Assembly: GCA_032250835.1 (NCBI GenBank)
Contig: JAVVEA010000008.1
Location: forward strand, 1 to 64,000
Origin: a bacterium
Lineage (GTDB): Bacteria > SAR324 > XYD2-FULL-50-16
Length of the DNA: 64,000 nucleotides
Direction of reading: 5' to 3'
In this document: piece by piece, positions 48,568-59,004 of the stretch
How the letters are laid out: each line of letters begins with the position of its first letter
How positions within the stretch are numbered: the first letter of the stretch is position 1
Program-made: the position numbers and the translations under genes
Notes under the pieces: model-generated
What the model saw: only the letters and a program-made list of their open reading frames with translations
Told to the model about the DNA's origin: nothing
Database searches by the model: none

Positions 48568-48645
48568 GGGGCTTGTCGGGCGCGGTGGTAACCTTTAGGG
48601 TTGCTGGACCAGCTTACCTATAGCGCCCTCTGAAGGAAAGCCCTT

Positions 48646-49383
48646 ATGGCCAAGGAACGGATCGATAAATTGATGGTTGCCCGCGGGCTGGCCCCTAGCC
48701 GCGAGCGAGCCCAGGCCTATTTGATGGCCGGGCGCGTTTTGGTGGACGACCAACCTATTGCCAAGCCGGGCACCCAGGTGGACTTGGAGGCCGAAATCCG
48801 CCTTAAAGGCGAAGACCCTCCCTTTGTGGGCCGAGGCGGCCTTAAGCTTGCCGGAGCCCTAAAAGACTTTGGGATCAATCCCCAGGGCTGGCTATGCTTA
48901 GACGTCGGGGCCAGCACCGGCGGCTTCACCGACTGTTTATTGCAGGCCGGTGCCGCCTTTGTTTACGCCGTGGACGCCGGCACCAACCAGCTAGACCACC
49001 GGTTGCGCCAAGACCGCCGGGTCTTGAGCCTAGAAAAAACCAACTTCCGCCACGCGGACCTGAATTTGACCGGGAGCTTTGTGGATTTTGCGGTGGTGGA
49101 CGTTAGTTTCATCAGCCTGACCTTGATCTTAGCGCCGCTCAAAGCCCTGTTGGTCAAAGGGGGACAGGTGGTGGCCCTGGTCAAACCGCAGTTTGAGGTC
49201 GGCAAAGGGGGGATCGAGAAGGGCGGCGTGGTGCGCGACCCGAAGCTGCGCGAAGCGGCCATTGTGGGGGTGATTGAGGCGGCTCAAAGCTTAGGGCTGG
49301 TCTTTAAGGGCCGCATCGACAGCCCCATTGAAGGAAAGAAATCAGGCAACCTAGAGGCCTTGATCTGGCTAGAAAAGCCCTAG
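48646..49383 (+). CDS. tlyA: TlyA family rRNA methyltransferase
   Basis: S4 domain, DVGASTGGFTD, DVSFISL and KPQFE. Confidence 0.93.
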   Translation: MAKERIDKLMVARGLAPSRERAQAYLMAGRVLVDDQPIAKPGTQVDLEAEIRLKGEDPPFVGRGGLKLAGALKDFGINPQGWLCLDVGASTGGFTDCLLQAGAAFVYAVDAGTNQLDHRLRQDRRVLSLEKTNFRHADLNLTGSFVDFAVVDVSFISLTLILAPLKALLVKGGQVVALVKPQFEVGKGGIEKGGVVRDPKLREAAIVGVIEAAQSLGLVFKGRIDSPIEGKKSGNLEALIWLEKP

Positions 49384-49386
49384 CCT

Positions 49387-50106
49387 TTACTTTTGGCAGA
49401 AGCCGATGGAGCCTTTTTTACAGAGTTGTCCGTCCGTCCAGGTAGCGCCTAAAAATTGGGCGGCATGGATGCTGGTAGCGACTAGCTGGGCTCCGTTGAA
49501 CCTGGTCTCCTTTAAGTTGGCTCCGTTGAAGCTGGCTTCTTCTAAGACCGCCGACTCGAAGTTGCTGCCCGCTAAATTACTCAGGTCAAACTTAGTCCAA
49601 AAGAGCCGGGCTTTGCGGAAGTCGGCTTTTTGCAGATGGGCCCGTTCGGCCCTAGCTAAGGTCAGATCCGCGCCGTTGAAGCTGGCCCCCTCTCCCTTAA
49701 GGGAGATCAAGTTGGCTAGCTTGAGGTGGGCTTTGGCGAAACTAGCCCCCGAAACTTCGGCCCCTTCCAGGTCCGCTTCCTCGAGCTGGGCCCCTTCCAG
49801 TTTGGCTCCTTGTAGCAACGCCCCGCGCAGGTTGGCGTTGGCTAAATTAGCTCCGCGTAAGTCGGCGCCGCGCAAGTCAGCGCCTTCTAGGTTCGCACTT
49901 TCTAGGTTGGCTGCTTGGATGTTCGAGCCACCTAAGACCGCACCGGCTAGGTTTTCAAACTGCAAAGGCGCATTGCTTAAGTCACACTTTTGGCAAGACT
50001 TTTGGAATTTGGCGTCGCTGTAATGGTCGTTGTCAAAGGCCCAAAGCGGCGCATAAACCGCCCAACAGACCCCCAGCAGTAAAACAACCCCCTTAAATCC
50101 CCTCAT
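49387..50106 (-). CDS. Exported pentapeptide-repeat protein
   Basis: Signal peptide; A(N/D)L.. repeats; CxxC N-cap and W.DG..C...S.G.C C-cap. Confidence 0.9.
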   Translation of the reverse strand: MRGFKGVVLLLGVCWAVYAPLWAFDNDHYSDAKFQKSCQKCDLSNAPLQFENLAGAVLGGSNIQAANLESANLEGADLRGADLRGANLANANLRGALLQGAKLEGAQLEEADLEGAEVSGASFAKAHLKLANLISLKGEGASFNGADLTLARAERAHLQKADFRKARLFWTKFDLSNLAGSNFESAVLEEASFNGANLKETRFNGAQLVATSIHAAQFLGATWTDGQLCKKGSIGFCQK

Positions 50107-50573
50107 AGGTCACAAACTCCCACCGATTTTTTCAGGCACCGCCGCCCGTCGATCCAATAGGCGTCGGAAAGGTCCGCCAGATTGAAGCCCGTGTGGTATA
50201 CCGACGCCCCGGTTAGGTTGGCTTCTTGTAATTGGGCCCGGTAAAATTCGGTTTTGGCAAGGTCGGCATGGCGTAGGTCCGCTTGGCGCAGGTCCGCTCC
50301 GCCCAAAAAGGTTTCCTTGAGGTTCGCTCCTTTGAGGCTCGCACCGGCCAACTTGGCTTTGCTCAGCTTGGCTCGGCTTAAGTCGGTATCGGAAAGATTG
50401 GCCCCGGTAAGATCTGCTTGGTTCAGGTAAAGCCCTGCTAGATTGGCCCCCGAAAGATCACAACGCGGGCATTTCCCGGTCGCGATCAGACGATCTACTT
50501 GGGCGCGTTCAAAGGCCCAGAGGGGTGTTGCGGCCAAGCAGGTCAGAATGAAAAGTGCCAGCAGACGAAACAT
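50103..50573 (-). CDS. Exported pentapeptide-repeat protein
   Basis: Same architecture as the neighbour, shorter. Confidence 0.9.
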   Translation of the reverse strand: MFRLLALFILTCLAATPLWAFERAQVDRLIATGKCPRCDLSGANLAGLYLNQADLTGANLSDTDLSRAKLSKAKLAGASLKGANLKETFLGGADLRQADLRHADLAKTEFYRAQLQEANLTGASVYHTGFNLADLSDAYWIDGRRCLKKSVGVCDL

Positions 50574-50688
50574 TTTTTTAAGCTCCCAAGTAAAGGGCGG
50601 ATAACTACGGAATCAGCCATAACACAAAGACCCTTTTGGTTCAACAGGAACCGCTTCCGCTCCCCTGCCAGACAAGTTCCCAAGCGGG

Positions 50689-51264
50689 TTAAGAGAGCAA
50701 GAAGTTTTTTGCCCAGGTGATCCGGTCAAAGGCCTCCACCGGCCCCCCTTTGTCGGGGTGCAGCTTTTGGGCCAGTTCTCGGTATTTGCTTTTTACTTGG
50801 TCGCTGCTGGCACCCACCTCCAACCCCAGCGCGCCATAGGCCTCCGCACCGTTGCTATGGACACGGAAGGCCTTCCAGAAGGAATCCAGCATCTCTTCGA
50901 CCGCATCTCGGTCGGTGTTTAAGTGGCTCAGGTCCAGGTAGTATTCGCGGAGGCCGTCGTATTCGCTTAACTCTGCTCCGCCCGTGCGTAGCGGGATTAG
51001 GCGGATATTTAGACAATGGATATCCAGCGTGGCCACGCCTTCTTGGACCAATTGGTCTTTAAGCCGGTACAATAGGTGGAAAAGCAAAAAATGGATTTTA
51101 AATAAAAAGAGCGAATCCCCTAAATCCCCTTCGGCAAAGGGGGCTAGCCGCCGTTCGCGCAGCAGGCGGACCAAATCAAATTCCTTAAGCCCCAAAGGAT
51201 ACTCTTCTAACAGGTTGCGGAGCAATTCGATCAGGCCCTGTTGTTGGTCGGCATTGGGGGACAT
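50689..51264 (-). CDS. DnaJ-related protein with a C-terminal J domain
   Basis: HFLLFHLLY.L, LREYYLD and HPDKGG. Confidence 0.85.
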   Translation of the reverse strand: MSPNADQQQGLIELLRNLLEEYPLGLKEFDLVRLLRERRLAPFAEGDLGDSLFLFKIHFLLFHLLYRLKDQLVQEGVATLDIHCLNIRLIPLRTGGAELSEYDGLREYYLDLSHLNTDRDAVEEMLDSFWKAFRVHSNGAEAYGALGLEVGASSDQVKSKYRELAQKLHPDKGGPVEAFDRITWAKNFLLS

Positions 51265-51353
51265 GTTCCTGGGGGGAGTAGGTTGGCGGTATATCTGAAT
51301 GAACTGCGCCTGGTTTGAGTTTAGCCTAAAAATGGGGCCCCTTCAAGGACGAG

Positions 51354-52499
51354 GTGACAAGGCCCGCTCAAGAGGCTAGTCTGGGGCTTCGCCCGCAAAG
51401 GCCGGGCTACCCCGTTCAAGACCCCCAAAAGGATGAGGACTCTTTGTTGATTGGATTGGAAGTCAGCTCCGTCGCTACCCCCAAACCGACCGGAGTGGCC
51501 CGCTACGCCAACCGCTTGATTCAGGCCTTGGGCCGGTTGCCGGGCAGCCCTCGGTTGGAATATTATATCAGGCCCCAAAACCGCAAGCACCGCCAATCCT
51601 TTGTTTTTGGGGATAAGGCCCGGGTTTATCTGGACCCGGTTTGGCCGCTGTTCGGCGGGCCAGAGCTTTTCCATGGTTTAGACTGCCGTCTGCCGCGCTG
51701 GCCCAAATGCCGCCAACTGGTCACCTTCCATGACTTGGCCATCATCCGGCTGCGTGATCAGGGCATTTGCTCGGATCGTTTTTTTGAAAAAAAGATGCTG
51801 CAATATAAAGAGGCGCTGGACCGGGCCGATTGGGTCCTTACGGTCAGTTCGCAGACCCGCCTGGATTTGGTCGAATTACTGGGCGCGGACCCGGAGCGGA
51901 TCACCGCTACCCCTTTGGCGGCGGACCGGCGGTTTTTTGAACCCGCCGGGCCTCTGCCCGAAGCTTGGGGACTAGACCAGCCCTATTTGTTGTTTGTGGG
52001 TAGCCTCTCGACCCGCAAAAATTTAACGCGGTTGATCCAAGCTTACGGCCAGAGTGGAGCCAGACAAACCCATATACTGGTTTTGGCCGGAGAAATGGGC
52101 TATGGACACCAAGAAATTTTGGCCGAAGTGGAGCGGTTGGGGTTAAAAGAACAAGTGCGCTTGCTGGATTTTGTGTCCGACGCCCAGCTACCTAGCCTTT
52201 ACCAACAGGCGGCGGCCTTTGTCTTCGCGACCCTCTACGAGGGCTTTGGGATTCCGCTTTTAGAAGCCATGGCCAGCCGGACTCCGGTGGTGGCGGGCAA
52301 CCAAGGCTCGGCCCCCGAGGTGGTCGGGTCTGAGGGGGTTTTGGTGGACCCTTATCAGGTGGAATCGATTGCCGAAGGAATCGACCGGGCACTGCAACGT
52401 TCGCCAGAGCAGATGGAAGCGGCCTACCGGGCGGCCCAGCAATATAGCTGGGAAGCCACCGCCGCAAAGACCTTTGAATGTTACCAACGGCTCCTTTAA
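51354..52499 (+). CDS. Glycosyltransferase family 4 (GT-B)
   Basis: TFHDL, FVGSLSTRKN and YEGFGIPLLEAMA; true start probably ~90 nt downstream. Confidence 0.9.
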   Translation: MTRPAQEASLGLRPQRPGYPVQDPQKDEDSLLIGLEVSSVATPKPTGVARYANRLIQALGRLPGSPRLEYYIRPQNRKHRQSFVFGDKARVYLDPVWPLFGGPELFHGLDCRLPRWPKCRQLVTFHDLAIIRLRDQGICSDRFFEKKMLQYKEALDRADWVLTVSSQTRLDLVELLGADPERITATPLAADRRFFEPAGPLPEAWGLDQPYLLFVGSLSTRKNLTRLIQAYGQSGARQTHILVLAGEMGYGHQEILAEVERLGLKEQVRLLDFVSDAQLPSLYQQAAAFVFATLYEGFGIPLLEAMASRTPVVAGNQGSAPEVVGSEGVLVDPYQVESIAEGIDRALQRSPEQMEAAYRAAQQYSWEATAAKTFECYQRLL

Positions 52500-52526
52500 A
52501 GCAGCCTTTTTCTAAAGAGACGGAAG

Positions 52527-53411
52527 ATGACAGACGAGACAAACGCCGAACTGGGCCATTCCCAACGGATCAACTGGTTCCCAGGCCACATGAAAAAGGC
52601 CATGGACGAGGTCTTTGAAAAGCTCAAGTTGGTGGACTTGGTCTTGGAAGTGCGTGATGCCCGGATGCCTTTGGGCTGTAGTAACCCAGAGATGGAACGC
52701 CGCCTGGGCGATAAGCGCCGGTTGGTGATCTTTAACAAGGAGCGTTATGCCGATCCGGCCAATTTTAGGGCTTGGCAGCAGCACCTCAAAGAAGCGGGTC
52801 TGCCTTTTTTGGTGATTGACGCGCTGGACCGGCTTTCGACCAAGAAGATTTTGTCCACTTGCCGCGAGCTGCTAAAAACCAAGCGGGCCTCTTTCGAGCG
52901 GCGCGGCATCCGGCCCCCGCCGATGCGCTTGATGGTGATCGGCCTACCCAACACCGGCAAATCAACGCTGATCAACAGCCTCAAGGGCAAGCGCACGGCC
53001 AATGTGGGTGACCGTCCGGGCATCACTAAGGGCCAAGCTTGGATCATCGTCGACAGCGGCATGGAGCTATTGGACACGCCGGGCATCATGCCGCCCCGGA
53101 TTGACTCAGACCAGCGGGGGCTTTCGCTTTGCGCCATTTACGCCATCCGTGACGAGATCCCCGGTGTGTTTCGGGTCGCTCAGTTTATCGCTCAGTTGAT
53201 CGCCCGCCAGTTGCCTGCTGAGGCGATGGAGCGTTACCGCTTTGAGGAAATCCCCGAGCATGGTGAGGACGTCCTGAACGCTGCGGCGGTCCGATACGGC
53301 GCGCTAAAGAAAGGCGCAGAAGTCGATTGGAACAAGGTTTATGCGGGTCTGGTCAATGACTACCGCAAGGGAGCCTTGGGCCGTTTGATTTTCGAAGAGC
53401 CTGCACCTTAA
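52527..53411 (+). CDS. rbgA: Ribosome biogenesis GTPase RbgA/YlqF
   Basis: INWFPGHM, GLPNTGKSTLIN and LLDTPG. Confidence 0.92.
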   Translation: MTDETNAELGHSQRINWFPGHMKKAMDEVFEKLKLVDLVLEVRDARMPLGCSNPEMERRLGDKRRLVIFNKERYADPANFRAWQQHLKEAGLPFLVIDALDRLSTKKILSTCRELLKTKRASFERRGIRPPPMRLMVIGLPNTGKSTLINSLKGKRTANVGDRPGITKGQAWIIVDSGMELLDTPGIMPPRIDSDQRGLSLCAIYAIRDEIPGVFRVAQFIAQLIARQLPAEAMERYRFEEIPEHGEDVLNAAAVRYGALKKGAEVDWNKVYAGLVNDYRKGALGRLIFEEPAP

Positions 53412-53506
53412 GTTCCTGCGGATTCCACTCGCCGAAATATTAAGAATCTGTAACAATAAAAGCTTGGATGAACCTGAATTTGGACCTCCTTCCCTTGATA
53501 AGAAAT

Positions 53507-54196
53507 ATGATGTTCCGCAAGCTCTTTCCCTTTTTGTTCGCGGTTCTGTTCCTGGCCGGTTGCGACTCGGACCTTAAGGACCAGATCAAGCAACGTGACA
53601 ATAAGATCACCGCACTGACCAGCGAACGCAATAGCCTCAAGGCCGACTTAGAAAAGTCTCAAGCCCAGATGCTTCAGCTGCAGGCCCAATTAGACGAGAT
53701 CAACCAAGCCGGACAACCCACCGAAGCCGATAAAGCGTTACAGGCGGGCTTGAAGAAAAGCTTCGCTAAAGAAATGCAAGACGGCCAGATGGAGATCGGC
53801 TCTGAGCGCCGCCGCACCTACCTGCAACTGGACGAAGCGGTCTTCTTTGGCAGTGGCTCGGCCGCTCCGCGTCCCGGTGGCATCCGTATCTTAGAAAAGC
53901 TGGCTAAGGAATTGAAGAAACACCAGGGTTATTATGTGGTGGTCGAAGGCCATACCGACAAAATGCCCATCAGCCAGCGGTTGCGGCTTAAGTTTGCTTC
54001 GAACCTGGAACTCTCGGCGACCCGCGCTACCTCGGTTTCTTATTACCTGCAAAACGAATTGAAGGTACGCATGCCGATGATTGCAGTGGCTTACGGCCCG
54101 CTCTTTGAGGCCGCCACCAACAAAACCTCCAAAGGCCGCGCGAAAAACCGCCGCGTCCGGGTGACCTTGGTTCCCGTTGGCGAAAAACCCATTTAA
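53507..54196 (+). CDS. OmpA/MotB-domain lipoprotein
   Basis: LAGC lipobox, coiled coil, EGHTD, NLELSATRA and KNRRV. Confidence 0.85.
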   Translation: MMFRKLFPFLFAVLFLAGCDSDLKDQIKQRDNKITALTSERNSLKADLEKSQAQMLQLQAQLDEINQAGQPTEADKALQAGLKKSFAKEMQDGQMEIGSERRRTYLQLDEAVFFGSGSAAPRPGGIRILEKLAKELKKHQGYYVVVEGHTDKMPISQRLRLKFASNLELSATRATSVSYYLQNELKVRMPMIAVAYGPLFEAATNKTSKGRAKNRRVRVTLVPVGEKPI

Positions 54197-54214
54197 TTTT
54201 TTTGGGGTCTGGTT

Positions 54215-54808
54215 TTGAAGAATAAAATCCGGTGGGGCCGCTGGGCTCTGGTTGTTTTGTTGTTGCTCAGTGCCGCCACCTGGGGTGGATACGCCTATCT
54301 GGGCGGGTACGCACCGGTGACGGTGACCGAAGAAGAAATGGGTCCCTTAGAACTGGTCTTTGAGGTCCACCGTGGCGAGTATGGGACCATCTATCCTCAG
54401 GTCCAACGGGTGCAAACCCGCCTGGAGGGTTTGGGACTCAATGGCCCCCGGACCTTTGGACTCTATTATGACAACCCCGAGTTGGTCGCTGAGCCCGACT
54501 TACGCAGCCTAGGCGGGGGGATTTTGCCTTGGGGGCGGACCTTGCCGATGGACCAGCAAAACCGTTTCCGTCATGGCCTACTTAAGCGGCAGTCTTTTTT
54601 GGTCGCCCGCCACCCCATGCGCCACCCTTTGTCTATCCTGATTGGGTTGCGTAGAGTTTACCCGGTCTTAGAAAAGGCCCGTCAGCCCATAGACTTGGCC
54701 CCGGCCGGGGTGATGGAAATCTACGATCATGCCCAAGAAGAAATCCTCTACCTCCTGCCTTTAGACCCTCAAGGCTTCTCCAATATAGCCCCCGAACTAG
54801 AACGCTAA
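54215..54808 (+). CDS. Membrane-anchored GyrI-like domain protein
   Basis: N-terminal TM; HRGEY, FGLYYDNP and MEIY. Confidence 0.65.
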   Translation: MKNKIRWGRWALVVLLLLSAATWGGYAYLGGYAPVTVTEEEMGPLELVFEVHRGEYGTIYPQVQRVQTRLEGLGLNGPRTFGLYYDNPELVAEPDLRSLGGGILPWGRTLPMDQQNRFRHGLLKRQSFLVARHPMRHPLSILIGLRRVYPVLEKARQPIDLAPAGVMEIYDHAQEEILYLLPLDPQGFSNIAPELER

Positions 54809-54934
54809 AGCCATTTCGCTTAGGCCCCCAAAAAAAATTTACTTTTGGGGGTACAGTCGCTAGGCTTTGGGTAAGGTTTCACCTAGGAATTTCGACCTGG
54901 GTTGGTGATCCGTTCATTCCATATAAGGGGACTT

Positions 54935-57082
54935 ATGGAGGCCATTGGCATTATCCTGTTTTTTGCGGCCCTTTCGGGCATTGTGGCTGTCGTTAAAGCC
55001 AAACAAATCACGGCCATTCCCATCGATGCGGCGGCTGACAGCGCCGAAGAGGGAGCCAAGCTCAAGAAAATCCACAAGGCCATTGCCGACGGGGCCATTG
55101 CCTTCTTATGGCAATCTTACAAGGCCATGGGCATCTTTATCGTGGTCTTCGCGGTATTGATCTTTTTAGTGATCGACGACCCCCACACCGGCGAAGTGGC
55201 CGAGGGTGTGCCTACGGCCATTGCCTTTATTCTCGGCTGTTTGACTTCTATCTTAGCCGGTTACATCGGCATGAGCATCGCCACGGCCGGTAACGTCCGC
55301 ACCGCCGGTGCGGCCAAAACCAGCATCGCCGATGCCTTCAAGATCGCCTTAAACAGCGGCGCGGTGATGGGTTTTGCCCTCGTTTCCTTGGCACTCTTTG
55401 GTTTGGTGGCGGTCTATTATCTGCTCAAAACCATGTTCCCCAGCTTGGATACGGCAGGAAACGAACATATCTTGATGGAAGTGATCGCCGGATTTGGCTT
55501 AGGGGGCAGCTCGATCGCCCTCTTCGGACGGGTCGGCGGCGGGATTTTTACCAAAGCGGCCGACGTGGGTGCCGACTTGGTGGGTAAGGTTGAGGCCGGT
55601 ATCCCCGAAGACGACCCGCGCAACCCGGCGGTAATCGCCGACAACGTGGGCGACAATGTGGGCGACGTGGCCGGTATGGGGGCGGACCTGTTTGGCTCCT
55701 GCGCTGAATCGACCTGCGCGGCTTTGGTGATCGGCGCGGTGGCCTTTGCGGGCAACATTGGGGCCATGTTATTCCCCATTGTGATTTCGGCGGTAGGCGT
55801 GCCGGTGGCGCTGTTGACCTTCTTGTTTGTGCGGGTCAAAAGCGAAGAAGACGTAGCCCCGACGCTCAAGCGGATGTTGGTGATTTCTACGGTCTTGATG
55901 GCCGTTATGATGTACGCCACCACCGTTTGGTTCCTGCCCGAAACCTTCCTGATGAACGGCAAAGAGTCTACGGCTATCGGGGTTTTCTGGTGTTTCCTCT
56001 CGGGTCTATTGGCCGGTTTGGGCATCGGCTTGGCGACTGAATACTTTACCAGCCACGACTTCAAGCCAACCCAGGACTTGGCTCAGGCCTGCGAGACTGG
56101 TGCCGCGACCAACATCATTGCCGGTATCGCCTTAGGCTACTACAGCACCGGCGTCCCCATCATCTTGGTGGTCGGCTCCATTGGGGTTTCTTATTATTTT
56201 GCGGGTATGTACGGCGTGGCGGTGGCCGCCTTAGGTATGCTCGGTACCTTGATCATCGGCCTGACCATCGATGGCTACGGCCCGGTGAGTGACAACGCCG
56301 GGGGCATCGCCGAGATGACCGGCTTGGGCAAAGAAATCCGCGACCGTACCGACGTCTTGGACGCTGCGGGCAACACCACCGCCGCTATCGGCAAGGGCTT
56401 TGCCATCGGTTCGGCGATTTTGACCAGCCTGGCGCTCTTCGCCGCGTTCTTGACCAGGGCTGATGGTTTGTTCCGCGAAAAGGGACAGGCTGGGGTGCTG
56501 GATAACATCAACCTGCTGGACCCCTTGGTCCTCTCGGGTCTGTTCATCGGGGCGCTGCTGCCCTTTATCTTCAGTGCTATGACTATGGAGGCGGTGGGTA
56601 CTGCCGCCATGGAGATGATCAACGAAGTACGCCGCCAGTTCCGCACCATCCCCGGCATCTTGGAAGGCACCGCCGACCCGGACTATAAGACCTGCGTGGC
56701 GATCAGCACCAAGGCGGCTTTAAAGAAGACCATCGCCCCGGCGGCGTTGATCATCCTGACCCCCTTAGGTTGCGGCTTCCTCTTTGGGGTGCAGGCTTTG
56801 GCCGGCGTCTTGGCCGGTTCTTTGGTCTGCGGGGGCGTCTTGGCCATTGCTTCGTCGAACTCCGGCGGCGCTTGGGACAACGCTAAGAAGTATATCGAGA
56901 AGGGTGCCCACGGGGGCAAGGGCTCTGAGGCCCACAAAGCCGCGGTGATCGGTGACACCGTCGGTGATCCCTTCAAGGACACCAGCGGCCCGAGCTTAAA
57001 CATCTTGCTTAAGCTGCAAGCGATCCTCTCGTTGGTTTTTGTGCCCTTCTTCGTGAACTACGGCGGGTTGCTGGTCGGCTGA
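54935..57082 (+). CDS. hppA: Membrane-bound ion-translocating pyrophosphatase (K+-dependent)
   Basis: [26 protein letters not shown] and [14 protein letters not shown]. Confidence 0.95.
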   Translation: MEAIGIILFFAALSGIVAVVKAKQITAIPIDAAADSAEEGAKLKKIHKAIADGAIAFLWQSYKAMGIFIVVFAVLIFLVIDDPHTGEVAEGVPTAIAFILGCLTSILAGYIGMSIATAGNVRTAGAAKTSIADAFKIALNSGAVMGFALVSLALFGLVAVYYLLKTMFPSLDTAGNEHILMEVIAGFGLGGSSIALFGRVGGGIFTKAADVGADLVGKVEAGIPEDDPRNPAVIADNVGDNVGDVAGMGADLFGSCAESTCAALVIGAVAFAGNIGAMLFPIVISAVGVPVALLTFLFVRVKSEEDVAPTLKRMLVISTVLMAVMMYATTVWFLPETFLMNGKESTAIGVFWCFLSGLLAGLGIGLATEYFTSHDFKPTQDLAQACETGAATNIIAGIALGYYSTGVPIILVVGSIGVSYYFAGMYGVAVAALGMLGTLIIGLTIDGYGPVSDNAGGIAEMTGLGKEIRDRTDVLDAAGNTTAAIGKGFAIGSAILTSLALFAAFLTRADGLFREKGQAGVLDNINLLDPLVLSGLFIGALLPFIFSAMTMEAVGTAAMEMINEVRRQFRTIPGILEGTADPDYKTCVAISTKAALKKTIAPAALIILTPLGCGFLFGVQALAGVLAGSLVCGGVLAIASSNSGGAWDNAKKYIEKGAHGGKGSEAHKAAVIGDTVGDPFKDTSGPSLNILLKLQAILSLVFVPFFVNYGGLLVG

Positions 57083-57097
57083 CCGGCAAACTGAAGG

Positions 57098-57143
57098 CAA
57101 AAAAAGCCCCCATCGGTCACCTGGACCGGCGGGGGCTTTTTTG
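57098..57143. terminator. Bidirectional intrinsic terminator
   Basis: caaaaaaagccccc...gggggctttttt between convergent genes. Confidence 0.85.
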
Positions 57144-57160
57144 TTTGGACTAGGGTCGGC

Positions 57161-57718
57161 CTATTCGACCTGGAGGCTAAGGGTCCCGGTGGCCAAGGTG
57201 CTGGGGAATCCGGTAACGGAGCTGTCGTGCGCGGTCAGGGGATATCCCACTGAGACGGGAGAGGGCGTAAAACAGCCGCCACTGCCATAGGCCGAGGCGG
57301 CGGAGGTCGCTTCATAGGTGGCAGAACGATTCACATGATATAGGTTGCCGTTAAATCCATAGAGCACCGTACCCTCTGTGCCCGCCATTCCGGCATAGGC
57401 GGTTCCGGTGCAACCAGCTGCGGTATAAAACGTTTCTTGTTGTACCAGCGACGGGGAACTGGACAGCGGTTTGCCGATGGTGGCCGCATAGAGATTGTCC
57501 GACAAAAAGACGACTGCACCAGTGCCCGTGATCCCCAATAAGGTGCCAATCACGGCGCCATCTAGCTTGGCGACGATCTTTTTGCTCGCCTGGGCAAAGT
57601 TTGCGTTGACCTTCGCTGCCGAAACGACCTCGCCATCGGTAAAGCTGTTGGGCACGGCGGCCATCAGGGGAGCGCTCAGACTCAAGGCCAGTAGGCTGGT
57701 TATAAAGATTTTAAACAT
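57161..57718 (-). CDS. Exported protein with an N-terminal F..G....A..VN.NF motif
   Basis: Signal peptide then AVPNSFTDGEVVSAAKVNANF; AGGAG SD. Confidence 0.75.
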   Translation of the reverse strand: MFKIFITSLLALSLSAPLMAAVPNSFTDGEVVSAAKVNANFAQASKKIVAKLDGAVIGTLLGITGTGAVVFLSDNLYAATIGKPLSSSPSLVQQETFYTAAGCTGTAYAGMAGTEGTVLYGFNGNLYHVNRSATYEATSAASAYGSGGCFTPSPVSVGYPLTAHDSSVTGFPSTLATGTLSLQVE

Positions 57719-57743
57719 TAGGTTCTCCTGTATATGGGTTCGG

Positions 57744-58238
57744 TTAGGGGCCAAAGACACCCGTGCCGAACAGGGCGGTGCCAAAGAGATTGTTGGGGGT
57801 GGTGTTGTCGGCAATGGCTAGGGCTTTGGGGGTCGTGGCCTCGCCTACCTGATTGGCCGTAAAGACCAAGAAATAGTTGGCTCCGCTGGGGAGCAAGGTG
57901 TTGGCGGCAAAATCGTAGGTCAGGTTTGCGTTCACCTTATCTTTACTGGCGATTACCGACTCTCCCGAAAGTTTGGTGGCGGCGTCGCTGCCCCAGTAAA
58001 TTTTATAAGAATCCACCTTCGATTCGTCGGTTGCCTTGGTGATGTTCAAGGTGCCCTGAATGTATGCGACCCGGTTGTCGGTGTCGCTAAAGGAGAGCGC
58101 ATCGGCCGAAACATCAGGGGTGGAGTCAGTAGTTGAGTCCCCGGTGCTTATGGTGACCGGGTCACTCTCCTTCTTGCAGGAAGCCGCCAGGCTAACTAGC
58201 AGGAGAACGGCGAAAAAGCTGATGAAGAGGTGTCTCAT
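57744..58238 (-). CDS. Lipoprotein with a C-terminal aromatic-Gly repeat
   Basis: LAASC lipobox; ends NLFGTALFGTGVFGP. Confidence 0.75.
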   Translation of the reverse strand: MRHLFISFFAVLLLVSLAASCKKESDPVTISTGDSTTDSTPDVSADALSFSDTDNRVAYIQGTLNITKATDESKVDSYKIYWGSDAATKLSGESVIASKDKVNANLTYDFAANTLLPSGANYFLVFTANQVGEATTPKALAIADNTTPNNLFGTALFGTGVFGP

Positions 58239-59004
58239 TACTAGTTCCTTCAATTGAGTTTCGAGTAAATTATGCACTCAAATTGAAGAAAAAGGCCAAG
58301 GCAAAATTGTGAAAAATGGGTGAAAGTCCCTAGATGAAGTCCTGTGGCACTCATTGGGCTTAGGTGACCAGGGGTGCGGGGGTTAGGCGCAAAACTCAAG
58401 AGCCTGAACCTCGAAAGTAGACCTTTGTTTTAGATTCTTTGAATATGCTTGCAGAGGTTAGGTTTTTCAGTTTGCTTAACTGAGGTCGGAGCCCTGTCAA
58501 GTGACTTGGGTAAGTGAGGAATCTTTGGGCGAAGCCAAAAGGATTGGCTTGCAAAGCTCTTAAAGCGGCCTAGCTAAATCCTGGCTTTTGGGTTAATATA
58601 ATTACCGTTATTTTGGGTTTGCAGCCGATGCCCTCGGGCTTGACCTCTCTTTTGAGACGCCCTTTTCGCCCTGAGTCTTTGGCTTCGAGCCCCGAAAAGG
58701 AGGCCCTTTCTATCCGATTTATGGTTGGTAACCCCGTCCTGCGCACCTTCAACCTCAACTGCCGGTTGCCAAAGATAGAACGGTATTCTATTGTATCGGA
58801 CATTTGCGCCGGGAAGTTTTTGACCCGGAGCTAAAGCGAGACCCGAAGCTTTTTGAGTTGGCCCTCTAGGCCGCTTAGCCGGCTGCGGGACGGGCAAAAG
58901 AAAAAACCCAGTGAACCGGCGGTCGAGCTCATGCGCCAAAGCAGCGGGACCGCTGTCTTGGGCCATGTTAACGCTGCAATCGAACAACCCAGATAAGAGG
59001 GATT

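Noticed and set aside
49406-50023. 205-aa plus-strand repeat ORF
   Set aside because: Antisense shadow of the pentapeptide-repeat gene.
53507-54196. Flagellar stator MotB
   Set aside because: Has a lipobox rather than the MotB transmembrane Asp motif, and no motA is adjacent.
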